64,000 nt of DNA from assembly GCA_964360635.1 (NCBI GenBank), contig CAYHXO010000006.1:438-64437 (forward strand), given 5' to 3'. The translations under genes were made by a program, and so were the position numbers. The DNA is from an uncultured Candidatus Peribacteria bacterium (GTDB taxonomy: Bacteria; Patescibacteriota; Gracilibacteria; UBA1369; 2-02-FULL-48-14). Below are positions 44,103 through 53,139 of this stretch, piece by piece. How positions within the stretch are numbered: the first letter of the stretch is position 1; every line of letters begins with the position of its first letter. The notes under the pieces are model-generated. The model saw only the letters and a list, made by a program, of their open reading frames with translations, did no database searches and had not been told where the DNA came from.

Positions 44103-47100
44103 TCATTTAGCAGGTCTGCGTCTAAATAACGCAAGCGCAATCAAAGATAGAAGAACTAGTGCGCTTCCACCAATTGTTATAAGTGGTGAAATCTCTTCTG
44201 TTTGCCCTCCGGCGAAACCTGTTGTTGTTAATGTGAATTGTACTTGTACAGGCTTGCTTTGCGAATTATCAAGGTTACTAACAGAGTAGACTGTCGCTGT
44301 GTGCTCTCCGGCTTCCAAGCCTTCAGGTGCTGTTAGTTTAAAGTTCTGATCTGCAACGATTGTATTGGTTAGTACAAGACTTCTCCATGTTACAACGATG
44401 CTTGTATCTTCACTCTGACTTAGACCGTCGATTGTTGCATTATTACCGTCTACTTTTACTGCAATTTCAGGCGCTTTTATGCTTACTTCTTTTGATACAA
44501 TCAAATCCTGGGGATATGAAACTGATATTGTTTTGTTATCTTTGCTCAATACCGCCGCAACTGTGTATTTTCCCTCTCCAAGTTCAGATGTGCTCAAGGA
44601 ATATAATCCTTTTGCATCTGTTTTTGTTGTTCCGATAGTTGTTTGGTTTCCTTCAGCGTCAATTAGATAAATACTTACATCTGTATCAGGTGAATCTGTT
44701 CCTCCCATCATGTACTGCTCACCTACAGAATTAACCTGTCCTTTCTTCACGTTACCTATGCTGATTCCGGCAACTTTCGATGCCTTTGCAGGGTTAGTAT
44801 CGTAAAGGAGTACTTCTGTTCCATCTGTTAATCCGTCTGAATCAGAATCGTCATTTCTTGGGTCTGTTCCCATTTGTTGCTCCTGTCCATCTGAAAGACC
44901 ATCTTTATCTGTATCTATATTGCTGATTGTTTCATCTACAATTTTTGGATTGAATTTAGAAACTTCTTCCGGCTTTTCCATCTCATCTGCAATACCGTCA
45001 CCGTCTGTATCGTAACTTGCTGGGTTGCTTCCGTTTGCTAGTTCTACTGTATCTGCAACTCCATCTTTATCTGAATCGTTTGATTTTGGATCTGTTCCAT
45101 ACAAGAACTCTTTAATATCTGGTAGACCGTCTTTATCAGTATCAGTATCGACAGCCAATTCCAAACCACTTCCGAAATTTTGATCCTTCCACCAAAGTGG
45201 TATTCCGTCAGTTCCTTTCTCCCCCATGAAATCTGATTTTAATAGAATTGGCGAGAATGCTATGGGCTCTTGTTGTACTAAAATTTCTTCTGGCTTTTCG
45301 GCTGTTTCTTTCTGTACCGGAATTTCCGTTACTTCATTTGTATCTGGAGCATATAGATTTGAATATGTTTCTTTGACTACTTGTTCTGGCTCAACTTGAG
45401 TCATGTCAGTATTTGTTTCTTCAACAGGAGCTAGGTTGACTTCAGGTACTACAGTAATAGTTTCCTCTGTGCTTTCTGTACCGATCTCTGGTTCCCCTGC
45501 CATACTTTGTCCTTCATCTTCTTCTACTAGCGATGCGTTTGGGATGTATGTTGGTAGACCAGTATTCTGGCCTCCACCACTTGTTCCTCCAGAAGGTGCG
45601 ATTATTGCCGTAACAGTGCTTGATGTTCGCGCGAATGCGTCTACAGCTCTAATGTTAAATATATTTGCCCCTACTATTGTTGATACAGATAAAGTGAATG
45701 AACCGTCCCCTGCAACAGTTGTTGTATAAACATCATTAACATAAATTAGTGTCGCCACCTCACCTGAACCACTAATAATGGACGATTCTCCTGAATACAA
45801 TGGATCATAGACAAGTGTTGGGGGTGTTGGCGCTATTGTGTCTAAGGTTACATAATATGTTCCTGTCGTGGAAATGTTGTTTGATAAATCTCTTGAATCC
45901 AGTAGAAAAGTATTTAAACCTTCTATCAGTGTGAGCGGGCTAGCCGTCCAACTTGTTAATGAATCAGTAGCGATCACAAGACTACCTGCATTGTATACTG
46001 CAGAATAGGCTTCCTTTGTTCCGGCAAGTATATATGTCGGATTTATTGTTGTACCTGTTGCAGAGGTAAGTATTGGTTCACTTGGAGGAGTCAGATCTGC
46101 CACAAGCGTTCCGGTTCCTGTTGTTGCCGAGCTTCTTCTATTAGTAACGTCATAGCTGTATACCCAGTAGTTGTCATTTGTTAGCCCCAGCCCGGATACA
46201 ACAAAACTGAGATCTGGATCCACTGTATTGTAGTTCTCAAACATGGCGAGGCTTCCTGTTCCACTTAGATAAAAGATTTCAGTTGGTCCTGATGATCCAT
46301 AAGTTCCGGCAATACCCGAAGTATTTGCAGTTGTGATTGTCACGTCAGGAACTTTGCCGGCATTTGGGCTATTTGTGAAAATTATTGGAGCAAGTCCATT
46401 GTCAGGTAAATTATTTTCTAAAATTGCAATTCTGTCTGTTGACGCTCCATCAACTTTAATACCTGCAATTGCATTGTTTGCAATAGCCTGTGGAGTTCCG
46501 TTATGAGCACCGATATATACATCAGTAGCTCCACCATCAACTAAAATTCCTGAACCTCCATTACCTCTTGGAGATTGATCAGCTAGCCTTCCAATTTCAT
46601 TCAATTCAATAATTGAGTTTGATGCACCTGTTCCACTTATTAGAATTCCATTCCCGACGTTTGACCCAATTATATTTTTATTCACATCAACGTTGGCGGT
46701 ACCAATTTTAACAGTACCGTAAGCTTCAACTCCATGTGAGCCATTACCAAGAGCTTGACCTGAAGATCCTACTCCAATTCCATTATCATAAATCAATGTT
46801 CCGGTTGAAGTATTCGTAGTATAAATTCCTGATAGACTGTTAGAGGCAATTTGATTTGTGATAATTTGCGTGCCTGTAACCCATTCATCAATTTTGATAC
46901 CGTTCTGAATATTTGGCTTGGCAACGCTTCCTGATGCAGAAACACCAATGTAATTTTTAGAAATTAAGTTATTTGATGAAGCAGTTCCTGTCACATATAC
47001 TCCGCTCAATGTATTTCCTGAAATATAATTTCTTTGCGATGAAGTTGCCCCACCAACCGTGTGATTTCCACTATTTAGGTGAATTCCATTCTGAGCATTT

Positions 47101-48026
47101 CCGGCAATAAACCCAGTTGCGGATATACCAATATAGTTATTTCTAATTGTTGAAAATTGAGTGTTTGGGCCAATTAAAATTCCATTCTGAGCATTTCCCA
47201 AAATTTGATTTGCCGCTGTAACACCACCAATTATCAGTGAAGTTACCGAGCCATTATTTGCGTTAATTCCATTTTCTCCATTTCCTGCGATTGTGCCTGC
47301 AAATCGGGCTCCGATAACATTGCCTGCAAGAGCTACGCTGGTACCGCCTGTGATATTTATGCCATGTGTTGTACTCGATACAATTTCATTTCCCTGCATT
47401 GCGGAGTCACCACCAATGGCAATAGTATTACCTCCTGAAATAGTTATACCGACGTTATTGGCACTCAGCGTACCAATGCTGTTGAAATATGCGCGTAAGC
47501 TAGAACCTGCTTCGAAAGAAATTCCCGATGTTGTTGATCCATCAAAATAGCAACTTTGCCTTGCTCCGGTGCCACCAACTTGAAAGTTTGAAACGGCAGC
47601 ATTATCTACTTTTACTCCCTTTCTACATCCTGTGAAACCAATGCCATAAATTAATGTATTTGATCCGTTGCTGACAACCATACAATCTATCGAAGAACTT
47701 CCTGATAAAATTATGTCTGGACCGATTAAATCATCCGGTGCCGTTGTACCATCAATAATAGTTTCACCTGTAATTGCATTCATCGTTGAAGAAAGAGCAA
47801 TTGTTCCCGTTGTTGTGAAGTTTATTGTGTCACCTCCTGGATTTCCATTTGCATCTACAATCGCCTGTCTAAATGAGCCAGCTCCGGCATCTGCAGTAGT
47901 TGACACAGTGTACGTTGCCGCTTTTGTAAGCGGAATATTCGAAAGATATGTGAAAGGAAGCACTATACCTAGAGATAGGATTAATGTTACTAATCCTGAA
48001 ATATATTTTTTAAGTAGATTTGCCAT
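44103..48026 (-). CDS. Giant surface protein with parallel beta-helix repeats, TSP3-like Ca-binding repeats, Ig-like regions and a C-terminal TM anchor
   Basis: 1307 aa with an N-terminal signal/anchor. A long run of G-N/S-x-I-G/N repeats follows (NGI.I.., GN.I..). DxDxDG repeats are present (DTDKDGLPD, DSDKDGVAD, DTDGDGIAD, DTDKDGLSD, DSDSDGLTD). The C-terminus is LITIGGSALVLLSLIALALFRRRPAK. Confidence 0.75.
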   Translation of the reverse strand: MANLLKKYISGLVTLILSLGIVLPFTYLSNIPLTKAATYTVSTTADAGAGSFRQAIVDANGNPGGDTINFTTTGTIALSSTMNAITGETIIDGTTAPDDLIGPDIILSGSSSIDCMVVSNGSNTLIYGIGFTGCRKGVKVDNAAVSNFQVGGTGARQSCYFDGSTTSGISFEAGSSLRAYFNSIGTLSANNVGITISGGNTIAIGGDSAMQGNEIVSSTTHGINITGGTSVALAGNVIGARFAGTIAGNGENGINANNGSVTSLIIGGVTAANQILGNAQNGILIGPNTQFSTIRNNYIGISATGFIAGNAQNGIHLNSGNHTVGGATSSQRNYISGNTLSGVYVTGTASSNNLISKNYIGVSASGSVAKPNIQNGIKIDEWVTGTQIITNQIASNSLSGIYTTNTSTGTLIYDNGIGVGSSGQALGNGSHGVEAYGTVKIGTANVDVNKNIIGSNVGNGILISGTGASNSIIELNEIGRLADQSPRGNGGSGILVDGGATDVYIGAHNGTPQAIANNAIAGIKVDGASTDRIAILENNLPDNGLAPIIFTNSPNAGKVPDVTITTANTSGIAGTYGSSGPTEIFYLSGTGSLAMFENYNTVDPDLSFVVSGLGLTNDNYWVYSYDVTNRRSSATTGTGTLVADLTPPSEPILTSATGTTINPTYILAGTKEAYSAVYNAGSLVIATDSLTSWTASPLTLIEGLNTFLLDSRDLSNNISTTGTYYVTLDTIAPTPPTLVYDPLYSGESSIISGSGEVATLIYVNDVYTTTVAGDGSFTLSVSTIVGANIFNIRAVDAFARTSSTVTAIIAPSGGTSGGGQNTGLPTYIPNASLVEEDEGQSMAGEPEIGTESTEETITVVPEVNLAPVEETNTDMTQVEPEQVVKETYSNLYAPDTNEVTEIPVQKETAEKPEEILVQQEPIAFSPILLKSDFMGEKGTDGIPLWWKDQNFGSGLELAVDTDTDKDGLPDIKEFLYGTDPKSNDSDKDGVADTVELANGSNPASYDTDGDGIADEMEKPEEVSKFNPKIVDETISNIDTDKDGLSDGQEQQMGTDPRNDDSDSDGLTDGTEVLLYDTNPAKASKVAGISIGNVKKGQVNSVGEQYMMGGTDSPDTDVSIYLIDAEGNQTTIGTTKTDAKGLYSLSTSELGEGKYTVAAVLSKDNKTISVSYPQDLIVSKEVSIKAPEIAVKVDGNNATIDGLSQSEDTSIVVTWRSLVLTNTIVADQNFKLTAPEGLEAGEHTATVYSVSNLDNSQSKPVQVQFTLTTTGFAGGQTEEISPLITIGGSALVLLSLIALALFRRRPAK

Positions 48027-48095
48027 ACTTCCGGTATAAATTTTTATTTATCCTGATATTATAGCAAAATTCCGGTGATTTATCTAGTGCTTGCT

Positions 48096-48986
48096 CTATT
48101 TTAGAAGAGTGTTGATGTGATCTGCAACAGTCTGCATTAAATTCATATCAAAAGAGTCAGCCAACATTTTTGGCAGATTGCTTTCATCAACTGCAGATTT
48201 GATTTTTTCTTCATTTAAATAGACTTTTCGCAGTCCGCCGGAAAGTGCTGAGTTTATCATAACAACAGTATGCTTATAATCAGGCTGAGCGTGATCTTTT
48301 TCAGTTTGGATTCTCCAGTATGGAACTTTAATTTTTGCTATAAAAGTTGAAGCCTCACGTTCAGCCCAAAAAGTTTCATCATCACAATCTGCAACTTCAT
48401 CTAAATGACCGAGGCCGGAACCATCACAGCCGGCTGTATCATCTCTATTTGCAGGGCCTTCATAATCAGATAGAAATTTAATTGGCAAATCAGGATATCG
48501 AGATAAAACACCTGATGCCATTGTGACTCCAAAAGAGAACGAAGCAATTCCCATCTTATCCGAATCAACTTCTGGTAATTTTGCTACATATTCAATAATT
48601 GCCTTTAAACCATCCTGTTGAATAAAACCATCATGATCTTCCTTGCCAGCACTATTTCCCCTACCGTCAGGATCAAAAATAACAACCGTGAAGCCTTGAT
48701 CAGCCAAATCTTGTGCGGATGTTTTACGACTCAAGAACGCAGAACTGTCTCCCGTTGCACCCGGTACTAGGAAAACCGTTGGTAATTCACCTTGATTCCA
48801 ATCACTAGGGTGAATAATTTTTACATATAACTGAGCCGAGTCTGATGGGTTTTCGACATAATAAGTATCTTTTTCCTGATGGGCACTGGTCTCAGTTGAT
48901 ACTGTTGGCAATATTTTATTTTGGGTTTGAGTACAAGAAACAATAAAAATAAAACATAATATGAGAATTATATTTTTCTTAAGCAT
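48096..48986 (-). CDS. Alpha/beta-hydrolase-fold lipoprotein
   Basis: The start was trimmed to MLKKNIILILCFIFIVSC (lipobox). The nucleophile-elbow-like motif is GIASFSFG. Confidence 0.55.
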   Translation of the reverse strand: MLKKNIILILCFIFIVSCTQTQNKILPTVSTETSAHQEKDTYYVENPSDSAQLYVKIIHPSDWNQGELPTVFLVPGATGDSSAFLSRKTSAQDLADQGFTVVIFDPDGRGNSAGKEDHDGFIQQDGLKAIIEYVAKLPEVDSDKMGIASFSFGVTMASGVLSRYPDLPIKFLSDYEGPANRDDTAGCDGSGLGHLDEVADCDDETFWAEREASTFIAKIKVPYWRIQTEKDHAQPDYKHTVVMINSALSGGLRKVYLNEEKIKSAVDESNLPKMLADSFDMNLMQTVADHINTLLK

Positions 48987-49932
48987 TTGCATTAGTATTA
49001 ACATTCGCCTTGTTTTCATTTCTTGATTTCAAGAAGAAGTACACAATTGTGCCGATTGTTAGAATTGGAGAAAGCCATTCCGGAATAGGATAGTGGAATG
49101 CATGTCCAAGCATTACCAAAGACAAGAAGAAAACTGAATACATGGCACCGTTGCCCAAGTAGGCATATTTTTTGATCCTTTCGATGTTTCCGATTGTAAG
49201 CTCTCTTACCACGAATGCACCGATACCATTTCCTAATAAAATTAATGGCACTGAAAGTGTGAATGCAAATGCTCCCAAAACTCCATCAATAGAGAATGAA
49301 ATATCAATTATTTCAAGGAATAAAATCTTACTAACATCGGACATATTTCCCGTCATAAGTTTTTTCTCTGCCTGTTCGGCGTTTTGTTTGAAGCCATGAG
49401 TGATGAAAAATCCGGTTGAACCGACTACCGCCGCAAATCCCAAAACAGGATCGATTTTCATTCCATACCAAACAATTATACTTAATAAAATTGAAACAAT
49501 CGCATAAAACCAAACTCCGTGTTTCATGAAGAATTTTTCCCCATGCAATCCAAAGTTTTTTTCTTCTAAAAATAGCCAATGGAAAAATAAGAATAGTAAA
49601 AATACTCCGCCCCCCATCAACAAGATTGGTGCGGTTTTCTCTATTGATTCTGCTATCGCAGGATCGTTACTGAAAGTTGCCGTAAGTGCGCCGATTGGGC
49701 CAAGAACTGGGTTAACCATCCAAACAATAAACCATGGCAGAAGGCCTCTAACAACAAAAACTGCAAAGAAAAGTCCGTAAAATAAAAACCACTTCTTCGC
49801 TTTTTGTGACATTGTTGAAAGAACCTGTGCATTGATAATTGCGTTATCAATACTGCTGACTGTTTCAAATACAACGAGCCCGAGTACCGTCAAAATCATT
49901 CCTAATATGTTCATGATTTTTATTTTAGTCAT
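48979..49932 (-). CDS. DUF475/TerC-like integral membrane protein
   Basis: Multi-TM protein with ETVSSIDNAIINAQVL. The track ORF (to 50175) has an ~80-aa N-terminal extension that runs antisense into mutL, so I trimmed the start to the ATG at 49932 (an alternative ATG is at 49914). Confidence 0.6.
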   Translation of the reverse strand: MTKIKIMNILGMILTVLGLVVFETVSSIDNAIINAQVLSTMSQKAKKWFLFYGLFFAVFVVRGLLPWFIVWMVNPVLGPIGALTATFSNDPAIAESIEKTAPILLMGGGVFLLFLFFHWLFLEEKNFGLHGEKFFMKHGVWFYAIVSILLSIIVWYGMKIDPVLGFAAVVGSTGFFITHGFKQNAEQAEKKLMTGNMSDVSKILFLEIIDISFSIDGVLGAFAFTLSVPLILLGNGIGAFVVRELTIGNIERIKKYAYLGNGAMYSVFFLSLVMLGHAFHYPIPEWLSPILTIGTIVYFFLKSRNENKANVNTNANA

Positions 49933-49954
49933 AATTATGCTTAAATCAAGATGT

Positions 49955-51646
49955 ATGCAAAAAATCATTGTTCTAAGCGAAGAATTGATAAGCCAAATCG
50001 CCGCCGGTGAAGTTATTGAGAGACCGGCATCTGCTTTGAAGGAACTTTTGGAAAACAGTATTGATGCAGGTTCTGATAAAATTTCCGTTGAAATCGAAGA
50101 GGGTGGTTTGAAGAAAATTCGTGTTAGCGACAATGGAAGTGGTATGTGCGCCGAAGACGCACGTTTATCGTTCAAGAAACATGCAACAAGTAAAATTAAA
50201 TCGATTGAAGATTTATTTCACGTAAAAAGTTTGGGCTTTCGTGGGGAGGCACTCGCGAGCATTGCAAGTATTGCTCGTGTGGTTTTAGAAACTTGTTCAG
50301 AGAGAATTGGAACTTTGGTGGAAATTGATGGTGGAAAAGAAATTAGATTTGAAGAAAGTGCTTGTTCAAAAGGAACAGATATTTCGATTTTTGGACTTTT
50401 TCAGCACACGCCCGTTCGAAAAAAATATATGAAACAGGAAAGAACTGAGTATGGTCATATTTTTGAGGTGTTGGCGAATGTGGCTTTATCTCACCCGGAA
50501 ATTTCTTTCAAATTGAAAAATAATAATGAAGAAGTTTTTGATTTACCGGGACGTCAATCTTTGAAAGAAAGAATTCGCTCTTTATATGGTGAGGCTGCAA
50601 ATGCTTTGATTCCAATTAGTTATCAACAGTCGAATTTAATTCTGAGTGGCTTTGTTGGAAAACCCGAACTTTCACGTACAAGTAAAAAATATCAATTTTT
50701 GTTTGTGAACGGTCGGCCAATTGAAGATAGAATGATTTCACACGCGGTGAAAGATGCATTCCACTCCCTTCTGATGCATGAGAAATTTCCTTGGTATTTG
50801 ATAGATATGCAAATTGATCCGAATTTGATAGATGTTAATGTCCACCCACGAAAACTTGAAATCAGATTTCTGAATCAGCAGGAAGTTTTTAGAGTTGTTA
50901 TGTCTACAATTCATCACGCGCTTGAAGCCAACGTTTTGGCGCCGATAATTGGGCAGCCAAAAGTTGAGTTTACACGGGAGGCGGAAGCTGGCATTCGACC
51001 GGTGTTTGAACTTAATGCTGACCTTCGGTCAGTGCAATCAATTAGAGAAGCAATTCCGCAGAAACTTATTGAATTCGAAAAAGTTTATATGCGGCCGATT
51101 GCACAAGTCGCCAATTCTTATATTGTTGCAGAAAGCGAAGAAGGTCTGATTTTAATAGATCAACATGCGGCTCACGAAAGAGTACGCTATGCAGGATTGA
51201 TGGAGAATTTGGAGAGTAAAAAAATTGAAAAACAGGCCGTTTTGGTTCCGTTAGAATTAGAGTTGGGAAAAGATGGATTCAGAATTGTTAAGGATCATTT
51301 GGCAGATTTTGAACTTTTAGGATTTGACTTGGAGGAATTTGGCGGGCGAACTTTTTTGCTGAGGGCGACACCTTTTGGCGTGCGAAATCCGGATGCTTTT
51401 TTGAATGAAATTATTAGCGATTTGAGCTCGAATCCTGTTAAAGATTTTCGTGAAACTTTGCTGACTTACACCGCTTGCCGAGGTGCGATAAAATTTGGTG
51501 ATAATTTGACTATAAGTGAAATGGAAGCGCTGATTCGCGACATGGAAAAAACCAAGCACTGTAGCCATTGTCCACATGGACGTCCTGCTTTTGTGACTTT
51601 GACTTTTGATGGATTGGAGACCATGTTTAAGAGGAAGAATTTCTAG
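49955..51646 (+). CDS. mutL: DNA mismatch repair protein MutL
   Basis: The start was trimmed to MQKIIVLSEELISQIAAGEVIERPASALKELLENSIDAG. DNGSGM and FRGEALASI are present, and the C-terminal block is ACRGAIKFGD...CPHGRP. Confidence 0.9.
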   Translation: MQKIIVLSEELISQIAAGEVIERPASALKELLENSIDAGSDKISVEIEEGGLKKIRVSDNGSGMCAEDARLSFKKHATSKIKSIEDLFHVKSLGFRGEALASIASIARVVLETCSERIGTLVEIDGGKEIRFEESACSKGTDISIFGLFQHTPVRKKYMKQERTEYGHIFEVLANVALSHPEISFKLKNNNEEVFDLPGRQSLKERIRSLYGEAANALIPISYQQSNLILSGFVGKPELSRTSKKYQFLFVNGRPIEDRMISHAVKDAFHSLLMHEKFPWYLIDMQIDPNLIDVNVHPRKLEIRFLNQQEVFRVVMSTIHHALEANVLAPIIGQPKVEFTREAEAGIRPVFELNADLRSVQSIREAIPQKLIEFEKVYMRPIAQVANSYIVAESEEGLILIDQHAAHERVRYAGLMENLESKKIEKQAVLVPLELELGKDGFRIVKDHLADFELLGFDLEEFGGRTFLLRATPFGVRNPDAFLNEIISDLSSNPVKDFRETLLTYTACRGAIKFGDNLTISEMEALIRDMEKTKHCSHCPHGRPAFVTLTFDGLETMFKRKNF

Positions 51647-51768
51647 AGCTAAAGGTGGCGAAATACGAGTGCACACTCACCCAGCGAATTGTCCAGCTGA
51701 AGTGGGCGTTTTGATCTGTTAATCGCGTGGGTTTTTGCTATACTTTTTTTAATTTAACCCCACCTAAA

Positions 51769-52539
51769 ATGAACGATAAAGAACTACTAGAGATGGCTCT
51801 GACTTATGGTCGAAATGCTCTGCTTTGGCGGCAGAAATTTATTGGACTTTTGCCGGAGATTTACAAGAGGCGTTTGTTTGAACAGAAAGGTTGTAGTTCT
51901 ATCTTCGAGTTCGCAGCGAAATTCTGCGGTCTTTCTAATGATCAAGTTCGTTTGACGCTAAAGTTGGAGGAGAGATTTACTGAGATGCCAAGATTGCACG
52001 AACAACTTGTAACTGGCGAAGTAAGTATTAATAAGCTCGCCCGAATTGCATCAATTGCGACAAAAGAGAACGAAGTAGAGCTTTCTGAAATCGTTCAAAA
52101 TATGTCACAAAAAGCAGTAGAAACTTTAGTACGTGATGAAAAGTTTACAGGGATGCGCGCGCAGACTTTAAGCTTAAATGATGAAGTTCGGAGTAGACTT
52201 GTTGAACTTCAGGAGAAAGGAATCGATGTTAATGAGCTAATCAGCGCCGCGCTTAACAAACGAGAAGAAGAAATTGCAGAAGAGAAAGCTCAACCTGTTG
52301 AGACAGCAAAAAGTAGACCTGTTCCAGCCAAAACAGAAAGACTTCTCACAAAAGAACACGGCACCAAATGCTCCATTCCAACCTGTTATAAACCATCTGA
52401 AGTTATTCACCACACGCAAACATTCGCACTTTCACACAGGCACGACCCAAACTATCTCGCGCCACTCTGCAAAGAACACCACGAAATTGCGCATGCGATT
52501 AATTTGAAGGTGAGGGAAAAGAGAAAATACGTCGCTTGA
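51769..52539 (+). CDS. HNH endonuclease domain protein (DUF222-like architecture)
   Basis: C-terminal CSIPTCYKPSEVIHHTQ...NYLAPLCKEHHEIAH. The start was set to the first ATG, because the track start is a GTG. Confidence 0.6.
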   Translation: MNDKELLEMALTYGRNALLWRQKFIGLLPEIYKRRLFEQKGCSSIFEFAAKFCGLSNDQVRLTLKLEERFTEMPRLHEQLVTGEVSINKLARIASIATKENEVELSEIVQNMSQKAVETLVRDEKFTGMRAQTLSLNDEVRSRLVELQEKGIDVNELISAALNKREEEIAEEKAQPVETAKSRPVPAKTERLLTKEHGTKCSIPTCYKPSEVIHHTQTFALSHRHDPNYLAPLCKEHHEIAHAINLKVREKRKYVA

Positions 52540-52585
52540 CTTATTGTAGTTTTAATGTATAGTGTGGCTCTATTAACAAAAAATT

Positions 52586-53137
52586 ATGTCAAAAATTAGA
52601 CAATTTACAGCAGGGACAATGGCCGTAGGATTGGCTGCTTGTATAAGTGACAATGCACAACAAGAAGAATCACCAATTAAACCTAAAATTGTTGAGCAGA
52701 AAGCTCCTGAAGCCCATGAAGCGACTGAGATTTCAGATATTGCCAAATACACATCTGATCACGCGCTAAATCAAACTCTAGATATTGCTGGTGGCGACAG
52801 TTTTGATACAGAAGTTTCGGGTATGCTTTTGAACAAGAATGGCCTACTTTATTTAGACATAAGCAGCGTGGCTGATCCAAGGTTTGAAACAAGCGTACGG
52901 ACTATGATAGATGAAGGGAATACTCTGAATGCTAAAGGTGAAAATTCATTGTTGTTCAGATTAAGTTGTATTGAAAATGGGAAATTTGTATCTGATAGTG
53001 GGATAACTGGTCTATCAAATTTACCAAAAATTGACGGCGTTGTTCGCCCATTCACTCTTGGTTTTAAGCTTACTGAAGAAACAGGAATGGCTGATGGAAA
53101 ATGTGTAAGTTTGGCAGATTCAATTTCCTCAAAATAA
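52586..53137 (+). CDS. Lipoprotein, function unknown
   Basis: Lipobox MAVGLAACISD. Confidence 0.5.
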   Translation: MSKIRQFTAGTMAVGLAACISDNAQQEESPIKPKIVEQKAPEAHEATEISDIAKYTSDHALNQTLDIAGGDSFDTEVSGMLLNKNGLLYLDISSVADPRFETSVRTMIDEGNTLNAKGENSLLFRLSCIENGKFVSDSGITGLSNLPKIDGVVRPFTLGFKLTEETGMADGKCVSLADSISSK

Positions 53138-53139
53138 AT

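Noticed and set aside
44360-48039. Several 60-123 aa plus-strand ORFs (for example 45403-45729, 47293-47550, 47668-48039) inside the giant surface protein gene
   Set aside because: They are antisense to a 1307-aa ORF with clear domain content. They are products of the repetitive, stop-poor composition of the beta-helix repeat region. None shows start context or recognisable motifs.
48979-50175. Long N-terminal extensions of track ORFs 48979-50175 (minus) and 49832-51646 (plus), which overlap each other by >300 nt
   Set aside because: The extensions are antisense read-through of each other's real coding sequence. Conserved N-termini (MQKIIVLSEELISQIAAGEV for MutL; the first TM helix of the DUF475 protein) begin at internal ATGs at 49955 and 49932. 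That leaves a 22-nt divergent spacer.
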